Source: Albugo candida
Lineage: Eukaryota
Direction of reading: 5' to 3'
DNA length: 64,000 nucleotides
Assembly (NCBI GenBank): GCA_040437565.1
Contig: JBDOQK010000052.1
Location: 124,001-188,000 of the forward strand
Shown here: positions 27,658-40,679 of the stretch, piece after piece
Layout of the letters: each line of letters begins with the position of its first letter
How positions within the stretch are numbered: the first letter of the stretch is position 1
Translations under genes and position numbers: made by a program
Notes under the pieces: generated by a model
The model's database searches: none
Seen by the model: only the letters and a program-made list of their open reading frames with translations
Told to the model about the DNA's origin: nothing

Positions 27658-30600
27658 ATGACGTCAGCGGCGTGCACTCATACGGAAGGTCTTTTTGCCT
27701 CTGCTTGTGAAGCCGCTAGAAAAGGAAGGCTATACGAATCGAGCGGAAAGAAAGCTATAGTCGCTCTTGAGCATCTGAAAAAAGCAATATCTATATTTGA
27801 TGGTCTTGTGGCATCGGAAAGAACACAGAAACGAATCCATCTTCTTTCTACCATAGAAGAGCTCAAAGAGTGCTCGACACGAATCGCGAGTTCAAGCGCT
27901 TATAAACTCGAAATGGCAACAAAGTTGCATTCAGATGCTAAAGATATGGAGGACTACTTTCAAAGTGCTCCAATCATCGGTCAGACCAAGTCACTTGTAT
28001 TTTGCCTAAAACTCTACTCAGACGCTGGCGACTGGTTCGCTCTTTGCGCTTGACAATGATTAAGCAGCACTCGACTCAAATCATGAATTTCCTAGGTATA
28101 TGGAAGCATATGAAGCATTATTGCATGCGGAGCATACCCCACGTAGATACTTGCAGGAGAAGATGCAATTCCTACTTGACCATGTGTCAGAATTGAAGTC
28201 TCAATGTGATGAAAGGATAAAATTAGCATATGAAGACCACAAGACCCCCACCAATGAGACGACTTGTGTGCCACGCATGGTGGACGCATCAGAGAGCACG
28301 GAAGAAGAGATAAGGATTTTAGAGCGCACTTCGTTGATCAACGGTAAGGTGTTTCAGCCATGGAAATACGCTTTCCATGACCAGGAATCACTTCAAGATT
28401 CATCCCAGTTATTTACTGATCCGGATGGCTTCCTTCCGTTGTCATCGAAGCAACAAGTAAAATTCGGATGCTGGAAGCGACCTCATGAATTTACAACTCT
28501 CTGTGGGTCCCATCCGGTCATGATNNNNNNNNNNNNNNNNNNNNNNNNNNNNNNNNNNNNNNNNNNNNNNNNNNNNNNNNNNNNNNNNNNNNNNNNNNNN
28601 NNNNNNNNNNNNNNNNNNNNNNNNATCCCAGTTATTTACTGATCCGGATGGCTTCCTTCCGTTGTCATCGAAGCAACAAGTAAAATTCGGATGCTGGAAG
28701 CGACCTCATGAATTTACAACTCTCTGTGGGTCCCATCCGGTCATGATTAGATCCATTGATCCATTGAATGTGAAGCAGGATATTGTGACAGATTGCTCGT
28801 TTGTGGCTTCACTTTGCATTGCTGCATCTTACGAGAAACGGTTCGATAAAAAGCTAATATCAAACATCATTCTACCTGTCGACCGATACACAAAATTACC
28901 AATATATAATCCCAAAGGAAAATACATCGTCAAACTATGGGCAAATGGAACTCTTCGTAGAGTGGTTATTGACGACTACCTTCCTGTCAGCAAGAAAAAT
29001 CCCGCTCAGTTGCTTTGCTCCTGTACAACAGAGCCAAATGAACTGTGGGTGAGCTTATTGGAGAAGGCTTATCTGAAGCTGAATGGGGGCTACGATTTCC
29101 CAGGCGGGAACTCTGGTGTCGATTTATTTGCACTCACCGGATGGATCCCGGAGCAAGTTCTGATCGCATCACTGCAAAATGACCGAGCAACCGAAGATCG
29201 TGTCTGGAAGCAGCTTGAAGCTGCTTTTCATTATGGCGATTGTATTATAACCATGACAACTGAACATCTCGACAAAAAGGTCGCGAAAGACATTGGACTC
29301 GTTCCCTCACACGTGTATGCTTTATTAAATGTGATCGAGATTTCACAAGAGACCGGGCTTTTGCGACTTCTACAGGTCAAGAATCCCTGGCGAAAAAGGA
29401 GTTGGAAAGGGACCAATTATAGTGCAAAAGTACTACAGGTACTTCACGCCCAGAGTAACGCGCGTTCGATGCAACATTTGGACAAAACACAATACAGCAG
29501 TAGTGGGGAAGAAGAGCAGAGTGATGATGGAATTTTTTGGATTGATTTGGAATCTGTCAAATTGTACTTTAACAGCTTCTACATGAACTGGAATCCTGCA
29601 TTATTTCCACACAAGCACGTAAGGCATGCACATTGGCCATGTGAATTAGGTCCACGCAATGACGCTGTCAATCTCGGATTCAATCCCCAGTACTCAATAT
29701 CGTTCGACCTTCTTGGGGCTCGAACGGCTATTCATGAATGCAGGCCTGGTCAGCCTAGAATCAAAGATGCGTGTATATGGGTGCTGCTGTCTCGACATGT
29801 ATGCCAGAATTCCAGAGAGCATGAATCTGGTGAGCATTTCATAACGATCCATGTGTACCAGCCCAAGGAATTTGGCGAGCGAGTGTTTTACAATGAAAAT
29901 GCGGTCTCACGTGGAACTTATACCAATAACCCTCATATGTTACTGACGTTGGAACCAGGTCTTGCCGGAAATAAGTTTTACGTAAGTGCCCTTAGAACTC
30001 TCGAACCTTTGGCTTGACAATGCAAGTGTAGACNNNNNNNNNNNNNNNNNNNNNNNNNNNNNNNNNNNNNNNNNNNNNNNNNNNNNNNNNNNNNNNNNNN
30101 NNNNNNNNNNNNNNNNNNNNNNNNNNNNNNNNNACGTAAGTGCCCTTAGAACTCTCGAACCTTTGGCTTGACAATGCAAGTGTAGACTCTGGTAGTCTCG
30201 CAATATGACAAAACGGCGCCATTGGACTATACACTATCAATATACTCAACCGCTCCGATTAAATTTGCACCCATCTCACCGGTTAAACTTTCTCCGGGCA
30301 TCTCATTACAAATCAATGGGAGATGGCGAGCAGAAACAGCAGGTGGTCGACCCTTACTTGGAAGTTTTCATCGGAATCCCCAGTACCACGTGATGTTCCA
30401 TCGTGCAACCATACGATTGTATTTTTTGTTGCAGACCAAAGAAGATTGCAGCGAATTACCTGNNNNNNNNNNNNNNNNNNNNNNNNNNNNNNNNNNNNNN
30501 NNNNNNNNNNNNNNNNNNNNNNNNNNNNNNNNNNNNNNNNNNNNNNNNNNNNNNNNNNNNNNAAACTTTCTCCGGGCATCTCATTACAAATCAATGGGAG

Positions 30601-30997
30601 ATGGCGAGCAGAAACAGCAGGTGGTCGACCCTTACTTGGAAGTTTTCATCGGAATCCCCAGTACCACGTGATGTTCCATCGTGCAACCATACGATTGTAT
30701 TTTTTGTTGCAGACCAAAGAAGATTGCAGCGAATTACCTGTGAATCTTCGCATATTCTTGCATCAAAATAGCCGCGTGCGATCACTGGAAAACGTCATGG
30801 AGATTGTTAGCTCAGGAAATTATCGCTCGCAATTTTGCTACCTTGTTCTGGAAATGGTAAATATGAAGGATTGCATATTGATCCCTTCGACTTTTGAAGC
30901 TGGACGTGAAGGTGATTTTCTCATGCATATTACATGTGAGCCATATGTTCCTATCGATACCGTCTGTTCCGTCACTGAATTGGCTCCATATGATTAA
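27658..30997 (+). CDS. CAPN7: Calpain-7/PalB-like cysteine protease (MIT-like + CysPc + calpain III domains), interrupted by 3 gaps
   Basis: FTDPDGFLPLS, QDIVTDCSFVASL (catalytic Cys), ELWVSLLEKAYLKLNGGYDFPGGNS, GLVPSHVYA (His), KNPW (Asn), NPQY motifs and IPSTFEAG. Confidence 0.93.
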
Positions 30998-33900
30998 TGA
31001 GTAGAAAGAAATACGACAACATGTGATGCAGATTGGAGACCGATCTTTGATCGTAAACTTTTATGACCCAATCGCATTGATACATCTCTGATTTTGCTCA
31101 GTCTGCACTTGCCTTGATCTATTATCTACTTGGTGGAATTTCAAAGAGGTTGTGCAGTGGAACATCGCTATATATGGGAGTACTTCAGACTGTCATTTGC
31201 TGTATATCACTCATATCCCTATACAAGTGGAAGTCTCAGCGAAGCGTGTTTTCAGCGCGATATCGATCTTGTACGTTGGCCCTATGTTACTTGCTTTATT
31301 TCTAATACACGAACTTGCCTTCCAACTCGGTTCATCTTTCGCTCAGCCTCTTCATAAGAGCTATATCGTTTTGATACGAGAATTTGACCTTTTGGATCAG
31401 CTCAGTTTATACAAGCGAGGAAGATTGTCAAAAACACTCGAAGTGTTGTGATATCGGATAAATATATTCTCTGTACTGCTTCTTTCGCTGTAATGAGTAG
31501 CTAGATCTGAATAGAAGCATGAGGCTGTTGAAGTTTCAGCGCGTACACACTGCTGAATTTCTGTTTTAAGACTGAAGTAATCGCTGTATAGAGTCAAGTA
31601 GATGTCAATCATGCAGCATTATCTGCTGCATGCATGCATTGTAGGTTCCAGCATAAAAATATTGCCAATCTCTAAGTGCTAATTTGGAAAGGCCAATGAT
31701 CACAACAACAAATGGAGATGGAACAAGTAACAGCGAATTCATCTTGTTGCGTATTCTGCGCACCAAACAGTAGCAACCAACAAACCGCCAGTATCTCAAA
31801 CAATGCGTACATAGTACATGCCATAGAACTAAAATTGCGTGATGGCGTGGATGGTATGTTGCGTGAGAAGGGAAAAGTTTTTCGGCACGAGAAGTGCGAC
31901 CGCGATCCAGTGAAACGATCATCATCCAGCTAAATCGAAAATATCAATGCGTAAGTGATTTTAGCACTGAGAGAACGATCCACGCATTGCATAAGACCCT
32001 ATGTATAATGCCGGAATAGCTGTAACTTCACCCATTCTCGCCAACGCAGTTCTCTCACTGATTATACATCTTTCATCTCCTGCTAGAAGAGATGAATGCC
32101 TACGTATTCCGTGAAGGAAGGTGCATATTTGGATCGAACGCAAACAGCCATATGACTTTTCCAAGTCAGTAATTTCCAAACTACGTCCATGTCTTTGATG
32201 TTGTGGATCCATGCTGTGCACACTAAGCAAGCTGCCGATATTTGTACATGTGGGAGCGAAAATACTTGTCATAATGATCACGATTGCGCCGACAAGTGTG
32301 CTGCTACTTTGACACACAAGCTCAGTGTCCTATAATGGTGCTTATCATCGCAAGCTTCATTTCAGAATTTACAGGATGCACCGATATTGCTTCCAGCCAG
32401 CTCTCATTGAATACGAAAGAGTGCTTCAACGTTTTTTACGCCACGCTGAGACAGCATTCGTCATCGGTGAAAGTCTGCTCTGAGGGGAATTTTGTAACAT
32501 GTTCTCGTACAAGCCAAAAGAAAGAGAACATTAGTGCAGAAGCAATGAGCAATTTAGATGCAGTCACCCACTTGTGCGTGACTAAACCTTGACGATACCA
32601 TCTCGTTTCCACAAAATCATAGACGGCCTCAATGAAACGCGTTTGAAGAAGCGCAGTAAAGTCCGAATGATATCCAAGTCCAACATAAAGGTATGAGGAA
32701 TCACCCAACTAAATACATTTATATGCGTCTGAAGCAGTCGACTTGCGTTAGTTTTTTAGCGCAATGATGATGCAAATATGGGATTGAGATCGCCCGTTTT
32801 TTATGAGCCATAGCTCTGCTTTGATGGAATATGTATTGTAGAAACAGAAATTTGGGCTTGAAGCTATTAGGAAAAAAAGGTTCTTGTCAACTTTCAGTTC
32901 AAATCAGCGTATTCGCGTCTTTGACTGCATAATCAAACCCATTTCAGTCACTGCATTCTAGACTTGCGCCCAATTCACGTACTCAGAAGAAACTGACGCC
33001 GAGATCAACGCATTAACATCTTCCGGCTGTTTGTAGAGTCATCATGTTGAGAAGAAGCATCACGTAACATGATATCAAAACTTCTGCCAAGATGCAGCAT
33101 CCTGATCACCACTTTTATTTGAATTGTCAAACAATGCCCACGTTCGAAAAGAGTATCATATTGCTTGTAATCTGCTGTGTTCTATCTCGGAGGCTTTGCC
33201 ACACTGTTTTAAGGACCTTTGGAATCAGCTTCCCGTGTTTAGATCTCAACTTTCAACACGATATATCAGCACTTATGAAAACTCTTTGCATCTTTAGTTA
33301 GCGTAATAGACTTTCGCAAGATTCCAGAAATGTGTGTTTCATGCGATCCGAAGCTAGCTATTATTTGTGACACGCAGTAGGATGAAAGATGGAGCACAAG
33401 CGTTGATTTTGATGTGACTTGATATATGTGGAGCGCCGTTGATCAATAAAAAGCGTCTTGCATCAAACATTGATACGTCAGGCGCATTACGTCCTGATAA
33501 ATTCTCTCTCTAGGACGCGTGGACTAAGCACGTGCTTTCTCCCACATTCCTTGGACCCATACGTGTCTTCATGTAACATCTGTTGTCACGAAGTAGAACA
33601 ATCAATAAGCATTGACTTGTGATTCAAAATAGTTAGGTCGGTCTTCAATCCTCACTTCACTCTCAGAATTGACTATAATCTCATCCAAGGTTTTTCTTGT
33701 AGGATGCCGAGAGAAATTTGTCTGCCCATGGCGTCAAAGTACTTGCTTGCACTAAGCGATGAGCAGTGACATTGTAGAACACTAGACAAGTACATGCAGG
33801 ACACAGCTTCGGCAAGAGAATAAGTTGGTGAACGCTCATGGATAACATGCCACGATATAGATGACAAGATGCATATATAGGTACTGATGCTACGGCTCCC

Positions 33901-34919
33901 AAACAGAAAAATTAGGACCCACACATGACCTTCCAGGATTCGATCTGAACGTCAGCCGTGACAAAGCAAGCATATTCGAGTATACTGCTGCTTTTTAGAG
34001 TGAACGTGCCCAAATCTTGATAACTTCTGCACTACCATGCAATCGTTTTAAAAAGGTCAGCGAATCTCCGTTTGCCGAACTCTTAATCAATAGCTTGGTG
34101 CAAAGTGTATTGGTATTGTCTCGTTCATACGCCTTATGATCACCACGACTTGCACACCGAATGTGCTAAATCGCGACTCGTAAGTTGATTCAAATCTCAG
34201 ACTAGTTGCCCACAATTCGAGCTTCATATGTTGACTCAATACATGTTAGCTGGTGTTCGATAGTCGAGTGGCAGCGCATCCTCAGGGCTACCAAACACTG
34301 TGTTGCAGCGCTGCAGGTGATTCGTGGGCGAGGTATAAGCAGATCTACAAAAACGCCTGCGCTTGTGAGAGCATAAATGATGCATGCGAGGGCGTCAAAT
34401 TGAGTTATTATAGCTCAAGCTTCTCAAAACATAACAAGAACTCGTCAATGTATACCAGAATTTCCAAGAGCTGTCATAAGCGTGCGGACACCAGATTCTA
34501 TCATAGCTCCTCGCTTAGGTCTGGACTAGACAATGACGTACTAACGATTTTTCACGTGGAAGATGCTTGATTCGATTGATCAGTCGTATCGAATAATGAG
34601 AACAGCGCTGTGAGTGCATTACTGCAATGACATCTTTAACCATATGTCTGAATGCCGGCTGAATGGGCTTTTGAAATGTAGAATTCTTTTCCAATCCTAT
34701 TAGCAGTGACAATAAAGTTGCGGGATCTTCACAATGACTGAAACGATCAGAATAGACATTCCTTTGACTTGACGATTTATTTGCTCGGACAAGCTAAGAG
34801 CAAGCCGCACGACCGTGAGCTCCAATTTCTTCCACAGTTTCGAGCTCCAGACGATCTGCTTCTTTGTCATGACATCAAAACCCGCAATGAACTTTGCAAG
34901 AGGCGTAACGGGAATCTTC

Positions 34920-36270
34920 AAGTCAAATCTCTGTCCGACGATTTTTTTTCACGTCAGTACAGACCATTTTGCAACAGAAGACAGCACGGATCCATATCAG
35001 TTTTCTCGAGCAAAGTGCACTTTGCTGTTTCAAACTAGCGCACCAGGTATACTCACTATCACGCCCGAGGCTATTGCGACAACGTAATTTTGTCAATGGC
35101 CACTGCATGTTCACGTTCCTGAAGAGGTCTATAGCGTCTTTCCAAATTCATCGCTTCGCAATTCAGTCTCTTTTACATTTTTGCAGCTTCCGTCATGGTC
35201 AGAGTGTCTTAGTAGAATGCAAACCATTGGTACACACCTGTTTCGAGCCCGCTTTAACGTCTCAAACACACTGATCAGCGTAGGAGGGCATCACAGGTTT
35301 GATACAGACATCGACCGATGACTTTCAAAAGAACCGAAGCGATATAATACTCTAATCTTCTTCTACAACATGCAGAAGCTCAGTGTCGTACGCAATGCAC
35401 CAATTACTCGCGAAACTTCTTTTCTTGANNNNNNNNNNNNNNNNNNNNNNNNNNNNNNNNNNNNNNNNNNNNNNNNNNNNNNNNNNNNNNNNNNNNNNNN
35501 NNNNNNNNNNNNNNNNNNNNNNNNNNNNATTCATCGCTTCGCAATTCAGTCTCTTTTACATTTTTGCAGCTTCCGTCATGGTCAGAGTGTCTTACTAGAA
35601 TGCAAACCATTGGTACACACCAGTTTCGAGCCCGCTTTAACGCCTCAAACACACTGATCAGCGTAGGAGGGCATCACAGGTTTGATACAGACATCGACCG
35701 ATGACTTTCAAAAGTACCGAAGCGATATAACATTTCCACTTTCCTCGAGAACGCTGATTTAATTGGATCGTATATCGGCTTCCTCCCATCTTGGTCGTAA
35801 AATTACGTACCGACAAAAATGATGCAATTAAGTACGAATTCTATCTAAAATATAAAAGCTGTCGTTTATGTGTTTAGGCAGGCTATGCGACCACGTGGGA
35901 TGAAGCGTAGGTTTCGTTCTGACTATAATGATATAAACATACCCACGGAGCCAATATTAAGTACGATTTACGAGAGGTGCCAGTATATCACCTTATACAG
36001 GGGAGACAGAGCTGTGTCTAGCTTTCATCTCATATTAGTATTTATCCAATTGGTATAGAGTATCGATCATAAATGTCGGTTTATCAACCCTAACGAGGTC
36101 TGGCCTAGTACGGATTTCTGTGCAACGTTGTCGCTATACCCAAACCTTAATGTTCGCTTCGATGCCCACAAAGTTGGCATGAAGAAGCATTCTGAATTAC
36201 AAAAGCTGCCAGCTCTATGCACTTATTCAAGTGGAGTCCACCTTATTGCTGCCCGTTGACTGTACCCAAA
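34920..36270. repeat. Duplicated upstream block, copy A (homologous to ~42800-43865)
   Basis: Collinear shared words: gctgtttcaaactag, tcaaacacactgat, gctgatttaattg.atcgtatatcggcttcct.ccatcttg, atgcgaccacgtgg, tatcaccttatacaggg, cggatttctg.gcaacgttgtcgc.ata.ccaaa, gtggagtc. Confidence 0.85.
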
Positions 36271-36363
36271 GATGAGTTTGAATCGAAAGCTATAATCCCA
36301 CTTCAGGAAAAAGTCCGGAAAACTTCGTTGCATGTTTGGATCCATATAAGCAATCATTTATCT

Positions 36364-36370
36364 TCATTCT
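36364..36370 (+). promoter_or_regulatory. Candidate oomycete initiator (INR, YCAYTYY) upstream of paralog 2
   Basis: TCATTCT lies ~24 nt upstream of the ATG at 36394. Short motif that could be a chance match. Confidence 0.3.
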
Positions 36371-36393
36371 TCAAAAAGCGCTCTGCATAAGAA

Positions 36394-37392
36394 ATGAAAT
36401 ATCACTATCTGAAAGCGTATGGACTTGCTGGGCTTGGAATATTCCACGCAGATGACCGTTTTGTGGCTTGCCAGTATGTGAAAATGGTTCCGGCATTTTC
36501 GACCGATGATGTTAATACACGATTTGGATTGGAAGTTAGATTCACGCCGCCTTTGAGCTTCGACGAAAAGGGAAGTATTACGGATCCTAAAGATAGCAAA
36601 ACGAAATCGTATTTGATGAATTTAATCATCACGAACGGGCTCTCTACCGAACTGCATGCGAAAGTACTGGATACTTCAAAAAATATTCGTTATAAAACCC
36701 CGATGCCTGGATGTCACTCAACGCTGAAGTTTTGGCGTAACGTGTATTGCGCAGCTTGGCAAAGAACCGCGGAATCCCTGAGGAAGTCAATCGAACTGAA
36801 GGAATTATATGTTTCATCGGTGACTAGCATCAACCCTAACTACTTCATATCAAAAAATCCTGGTATCTACTCATTTATTCGCGGCGAAAACGATGGTACG
36901 CAACTGTTCTTGGGAGATAAGGCGAAATACGAACGAGCTATACTCGCACCAATGAGAGGAATCACCATGGTGCCGGCTGTCAGAATCAGCCTTTTGGGAT
37001 TTATACATGACAAACAAGAAGTTTCTTTCGATTTTGGTACGGAAGCAACACAAGTTCCGCGTAAAGTGTACGATAACATTGTCAACTTCAATAAGAATGG
37101 CGGGTATGAAGAAAATTGCTCAAAACTGGCTAAATCTCGGCACACACTTGACATCAAATTAGAAATAATGTATCCTGCAGGGTACTCTCACATTTTGAAT
37201 GGAAATTTGAAGATCTCTGGTGGTGACCGTTGTCTAGTTCAGAGTTCCACGGATGAAGCGAAATGGGTACTGGGAACTTCATTTGCAACAGGTCACGATA
37301 TCATCATTCATACAAGGAAAACTTCTCAAAGCATCATTTTCACGAACGTAAAAGACACTGAAGCACATGAGACCATTCAATCGATCCAATAA
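36394..37392 (+). CDS. Pepsin-fold-like protein with degenerate catalytic motifs, paralog 2
   Basis: Intronless 332-aa ORF. N-terminus MKYHYLKAYGLAGLGIFHA, then GLEVRFTPPLSFDEKG, IITNGLS, FDFGTEATQVPRKVYDNI and CLVQSSTDEAKWVLGTSF. Confidence 0.78.
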   Translation: MKYHYLKAYGLAGLGIFHADDRFVACQYVKMVPAFSTDDVNTRFGLEVRFTPPLSFDEKGSITDPKDSKTKSYLMNLIITNGLSTELHAKVLDTSKNIRYKTPMPGCHSTLKFWRNVYCAAWQRTAESLRKSIELKELYVSSVTSINPNYFISKNPGIYSFIRGENDGTQLFLGDKAKYERAILAPMRGITMVPAVRISLLGFIHDKQEVSFDFGTEATQVPRKVYDNIVNFNKNGGYEENCSKLAKSRHTLDIKLEIMYPAGYSHILNGNLKISGGDRCLVQSSTDEAKWVLGTSFATGHDIIIHTRKTSQSIIFTNVKDTEAHETIQSIQ

Positions 37393-38094
37393 GTTTGATA
37401 GTGAATATCAATAGCAAGCTTCATTCAAGTGCTATTTGTCGTAGTAGGCTACAATCTGATACTTCCACACACGCGCAACCCGCGAGAGATTTCACAATTT
37501 AAAAGCGTGATGCCTTTCTTCCATACTATATTGACTGCCGTACTTAGTACGTGTGACTCTTTATGTCAGGTGAGTATGGAGAAATATGATTGAGCATCAT
37601 TGTACAGAGACAGATCACGTATTAGTCGTGGTTGACCCGGATATGAGTACTTTGCTCTACACAAAGTCCAAACGCTTACCTTATCCAGGAGCACCGTTCA
37701 TTGACGTGTTCGGAGCGTACACTGCGTGGCTATTCCTAAGTGGCGTATTCTGTATACGATCGAAATTGTATGTCTGCAGACGGAATAGACTGACTGCGCT
37801 TGCTTGCCGACAAAATATAATGATATCGCGGTCCTGCATTTTTTTAGCGCCCATGAGAGTATCGCCTTGGGTGATTGGAAGGCACACACACCGCGAACCC
37901 ATATTCTCTATGAGAAGAATCTTTTTCTGCATAAGAACGAATCATGATCGAATGCTACCGAGCTACATTGGAAATGCCCATGATAGGTGGCCACTGAGAC
38001 GTTTACTAAAAGTGCGTGTGCCACCCAGCCAACAGCTCCTCTGACCACTGATTTAGCGTAGCACACATTGATCTGCTGGAGCCAAACAATTCCA

Positions 38095-40679
38095 ATGTAT
38101 CCAAGAACAGTATATCGTCCAGTGGAGCAAGAAGATTCCGACGATGAAACAGAGAAAAGAGCACTCGGAATAAGACGCAGTAGTTGCGATCGATACCTTC
38201 CCCGTCAATGCTCCAATTGGCAGCGTTTTTTGCGTTTGACGTGTCTCCTACCGACTTTTTTCCTCCTTCTAATGTATCTGTACCTAAATGCTACACTTAA
38301 TAACACAGAAAGCTGTGCGCTGCAGCGAGAAATCAAATTACAGAATCGCTCAAGAAACTCCAATCTGTTTCGTTCGACGTCCAATATCCTTCCGAGCGAG
38401 CGTTTTGCTCGTTTGGGTCAAAAAGGAGCAACAATTTGGTTCACAGGGCTTTCTGGAAGTGGCAAATCGACAATTGGGAAGGCGGTAGAGCGCTTATTGT
38501 TGCAAAATCGAGCTCATGTGGTCCAGTTGGACGGTGATAACCTTCGAATGGGGCTCAATCAAGACTTGGACTTCTCAAACGCCGATCGAAGGGAGAGTAT
38601 TCGTCGAGCAGGAGAAGTTGCAGCGTTATTTTCAGAAACGGGTGTCATCGCACTAGTGACCTTGATATCTCCATTTCGAGAAGATCGAAAAGTTGTCCGA
38701 GAAATGCACAAACAAAAAGGCATTCGATTTTATGAAGTCTTTGTGGATGTGAATATCTCCGTAGCCATTGAGCGCGATCCAAAAGGGCTGTATGCTCGAG
38801 CCATCAAAGGCGAAATCAAAGAGTTTACTGGAATTTCTTCACCTTATGAGCCGCCAACACAGCCTGAGATACACCTGGACACTGCGACTATGAGTGTTGA
38901 AGAAGAGGCTCATATCCTGATGCGGTATATCACAGCACGAGGCATTTTAACTGGGAAACAAGTTGTGGACGAGTACACAGGGATCGCGGTCGCAGATGGA
39001 GTAGGCACCAATGCAGAATTTCAGACTCGATATCCCACTGAAATGGCCTCCAAATACGCAGATATGGACCAGTATCCTCGCGTATTGTTGCGGCATGAAG
39101 ATGTCCACTGGCTGCAGGTTATTGGGGAAGGATGGGCATCTCCACTGAAAGGATTCATGCGGGAAGGCGTGTATCTCCAATCACTGCACTTTAGCAGTGC
39201 TCTGTATGCAGGCAACACAACGGAAATGGATCTGCTGTCATTATCACCTTCCAATTCTCAATCCAATTTCAGCCTCGACAAAGCCGAACGTGTTAGTTTT
39301 CCCGTTCCAATTGTGCTTCCAATTCACAATATCTCAAGAACTCGTATCGGAACCGCGACAAAAGTCATTCTTGTGGGTCCATCAGGTGAAGACCTGGCTA
39401 TCCTCCATGATCCTGAAATTTATCCTCATCGGAAAGACGAACGAATCGCACGAACATTTGGCACAAGTGATACTCAGCATCCCGCCATTCAAGAAATCCT
39501 CCGCGCAGGCGATCTGCTGCTTGGAGGAGAAGTCGAAATGTTGCAACGAGTGCGGTACAAAGATGGACTCGATGTGTATCGCTTGACGCCTACAGAACTA
39601 CGCCAGCGATTCAAACAGATGAATGCTGATATCGTTGTCGCCTTCCAAACCAGAAATCCGACTCATGCGGGTCATGTGTACCTCATGGATGCTGCACGTA
39701 AACAACTCATCAAAAAAGGCTTCAAGAATCCGGTACTGTGGCTTTCACCGCTTGGAGGCTGGACAAAGGACGATGACGTGCCACTAGATGTTCGAATCAA
39801 GCAACATGAAGCTGTTTTGAGTTCGGGAATGCTCAATGCTAGCAGTACAGTCCTCGCAATCTGGCCTTCACCGATGATATACGCTGGCCCGAAGGAAGTA
39901 CAATGGCATGCAAAAAGTCGCAGAAACGCTGGTGCGAGTGTCTTTATTGTTGGACGCGATCCTGCAGGAATCAAATCACACGGTAACGATCTGTATCATC
40001 AAGATCACGGGCGATTTGTGCTTCATGTCGCCCCAGGCTTGGAAAGTCTCCAGCTCATGTCCTTTGACAAAGTGTACTATGACGTCCGCGATCATCAAAT
40101 GAAGCCGATGGAAACTGATCGTAAAGCGGATTTTCTCTCCATTTCTGGAACACGTATGCGCAAAATGGCTGAAAAAGGGCTTGTGGAATGCTCGGGCGAT
40201 ATTGTGCCGAAAACATGGGAAGAGAATCCGACCTGTGTACCTCGAGGCTTTATGGTCGATTCAGGGTGGCAAATCATGATCGAATATTACAAGCATCGGT
40301 CTTTCAATTGGCTTGCATTCTCTATCCAGCAATCCAAGCCTTNNNNNNNNNNNNNNNNNNNNNNNNNNNNNNNNNNNNNNNNNNNNNNNNNNNNNNNNNN
40401 NNNNNNNNNNNNNNNNNNNNNNNNNNNNNNNNNNNNNNNNNNGAAGCTGATCGCATCCATTCGGTCGACGATTTGAGACCTGGTGTTCTGGACGATATCA
40501 TCGACTGGCTGCGTAATTACAAGACAGCTGAAGGGTACCCGATAAATCATTTTACACAAGAGCATCCACTCCCACCGAAAGAAGCAGAAGAGATCATCAT
40601 CTCGACCCATGATCAATGGAAAGCATTGAGGAATGGATCAATTGAGCAGAAGGCGTTCTTCTTGGGAACAAGCTCCTAA
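38095..40679 (+). CDS. PAPSS: APS kinase-ATP sulfurylase-inorganic pyrophosphatase fusion (PAPS synthase), with N-terminal hydrophobic anchor; PPase domain mostly in gap
   Basis: APS kinase: WFTGLSGSGKST, LDGDNLR, RDPKGLY, FTGISSPYEPP. ATP sulfurylase: EGWASPLKGFMRE, FQTRNPTHAGH, GRDPAG, ISGTRMR. After the gap, PGVLDDIIDWLRNYKTAEG...IISTHDQWKAL matches a family I PPase C-terminus. Confidence 0.93.

Noticed and set aside
31020-32710. Hydrophobic minus-strand ORF fragments suggesting a decayed membrane protein
   Set aside because: Many stops and no motif could be assigned with confidence; needs a tBLASTx/HMM search.
37586-38044. 152-aa ORF upstream of PAPS synthase
   Set aside because: No recognisable motif and atypical composition; probably non-coding.
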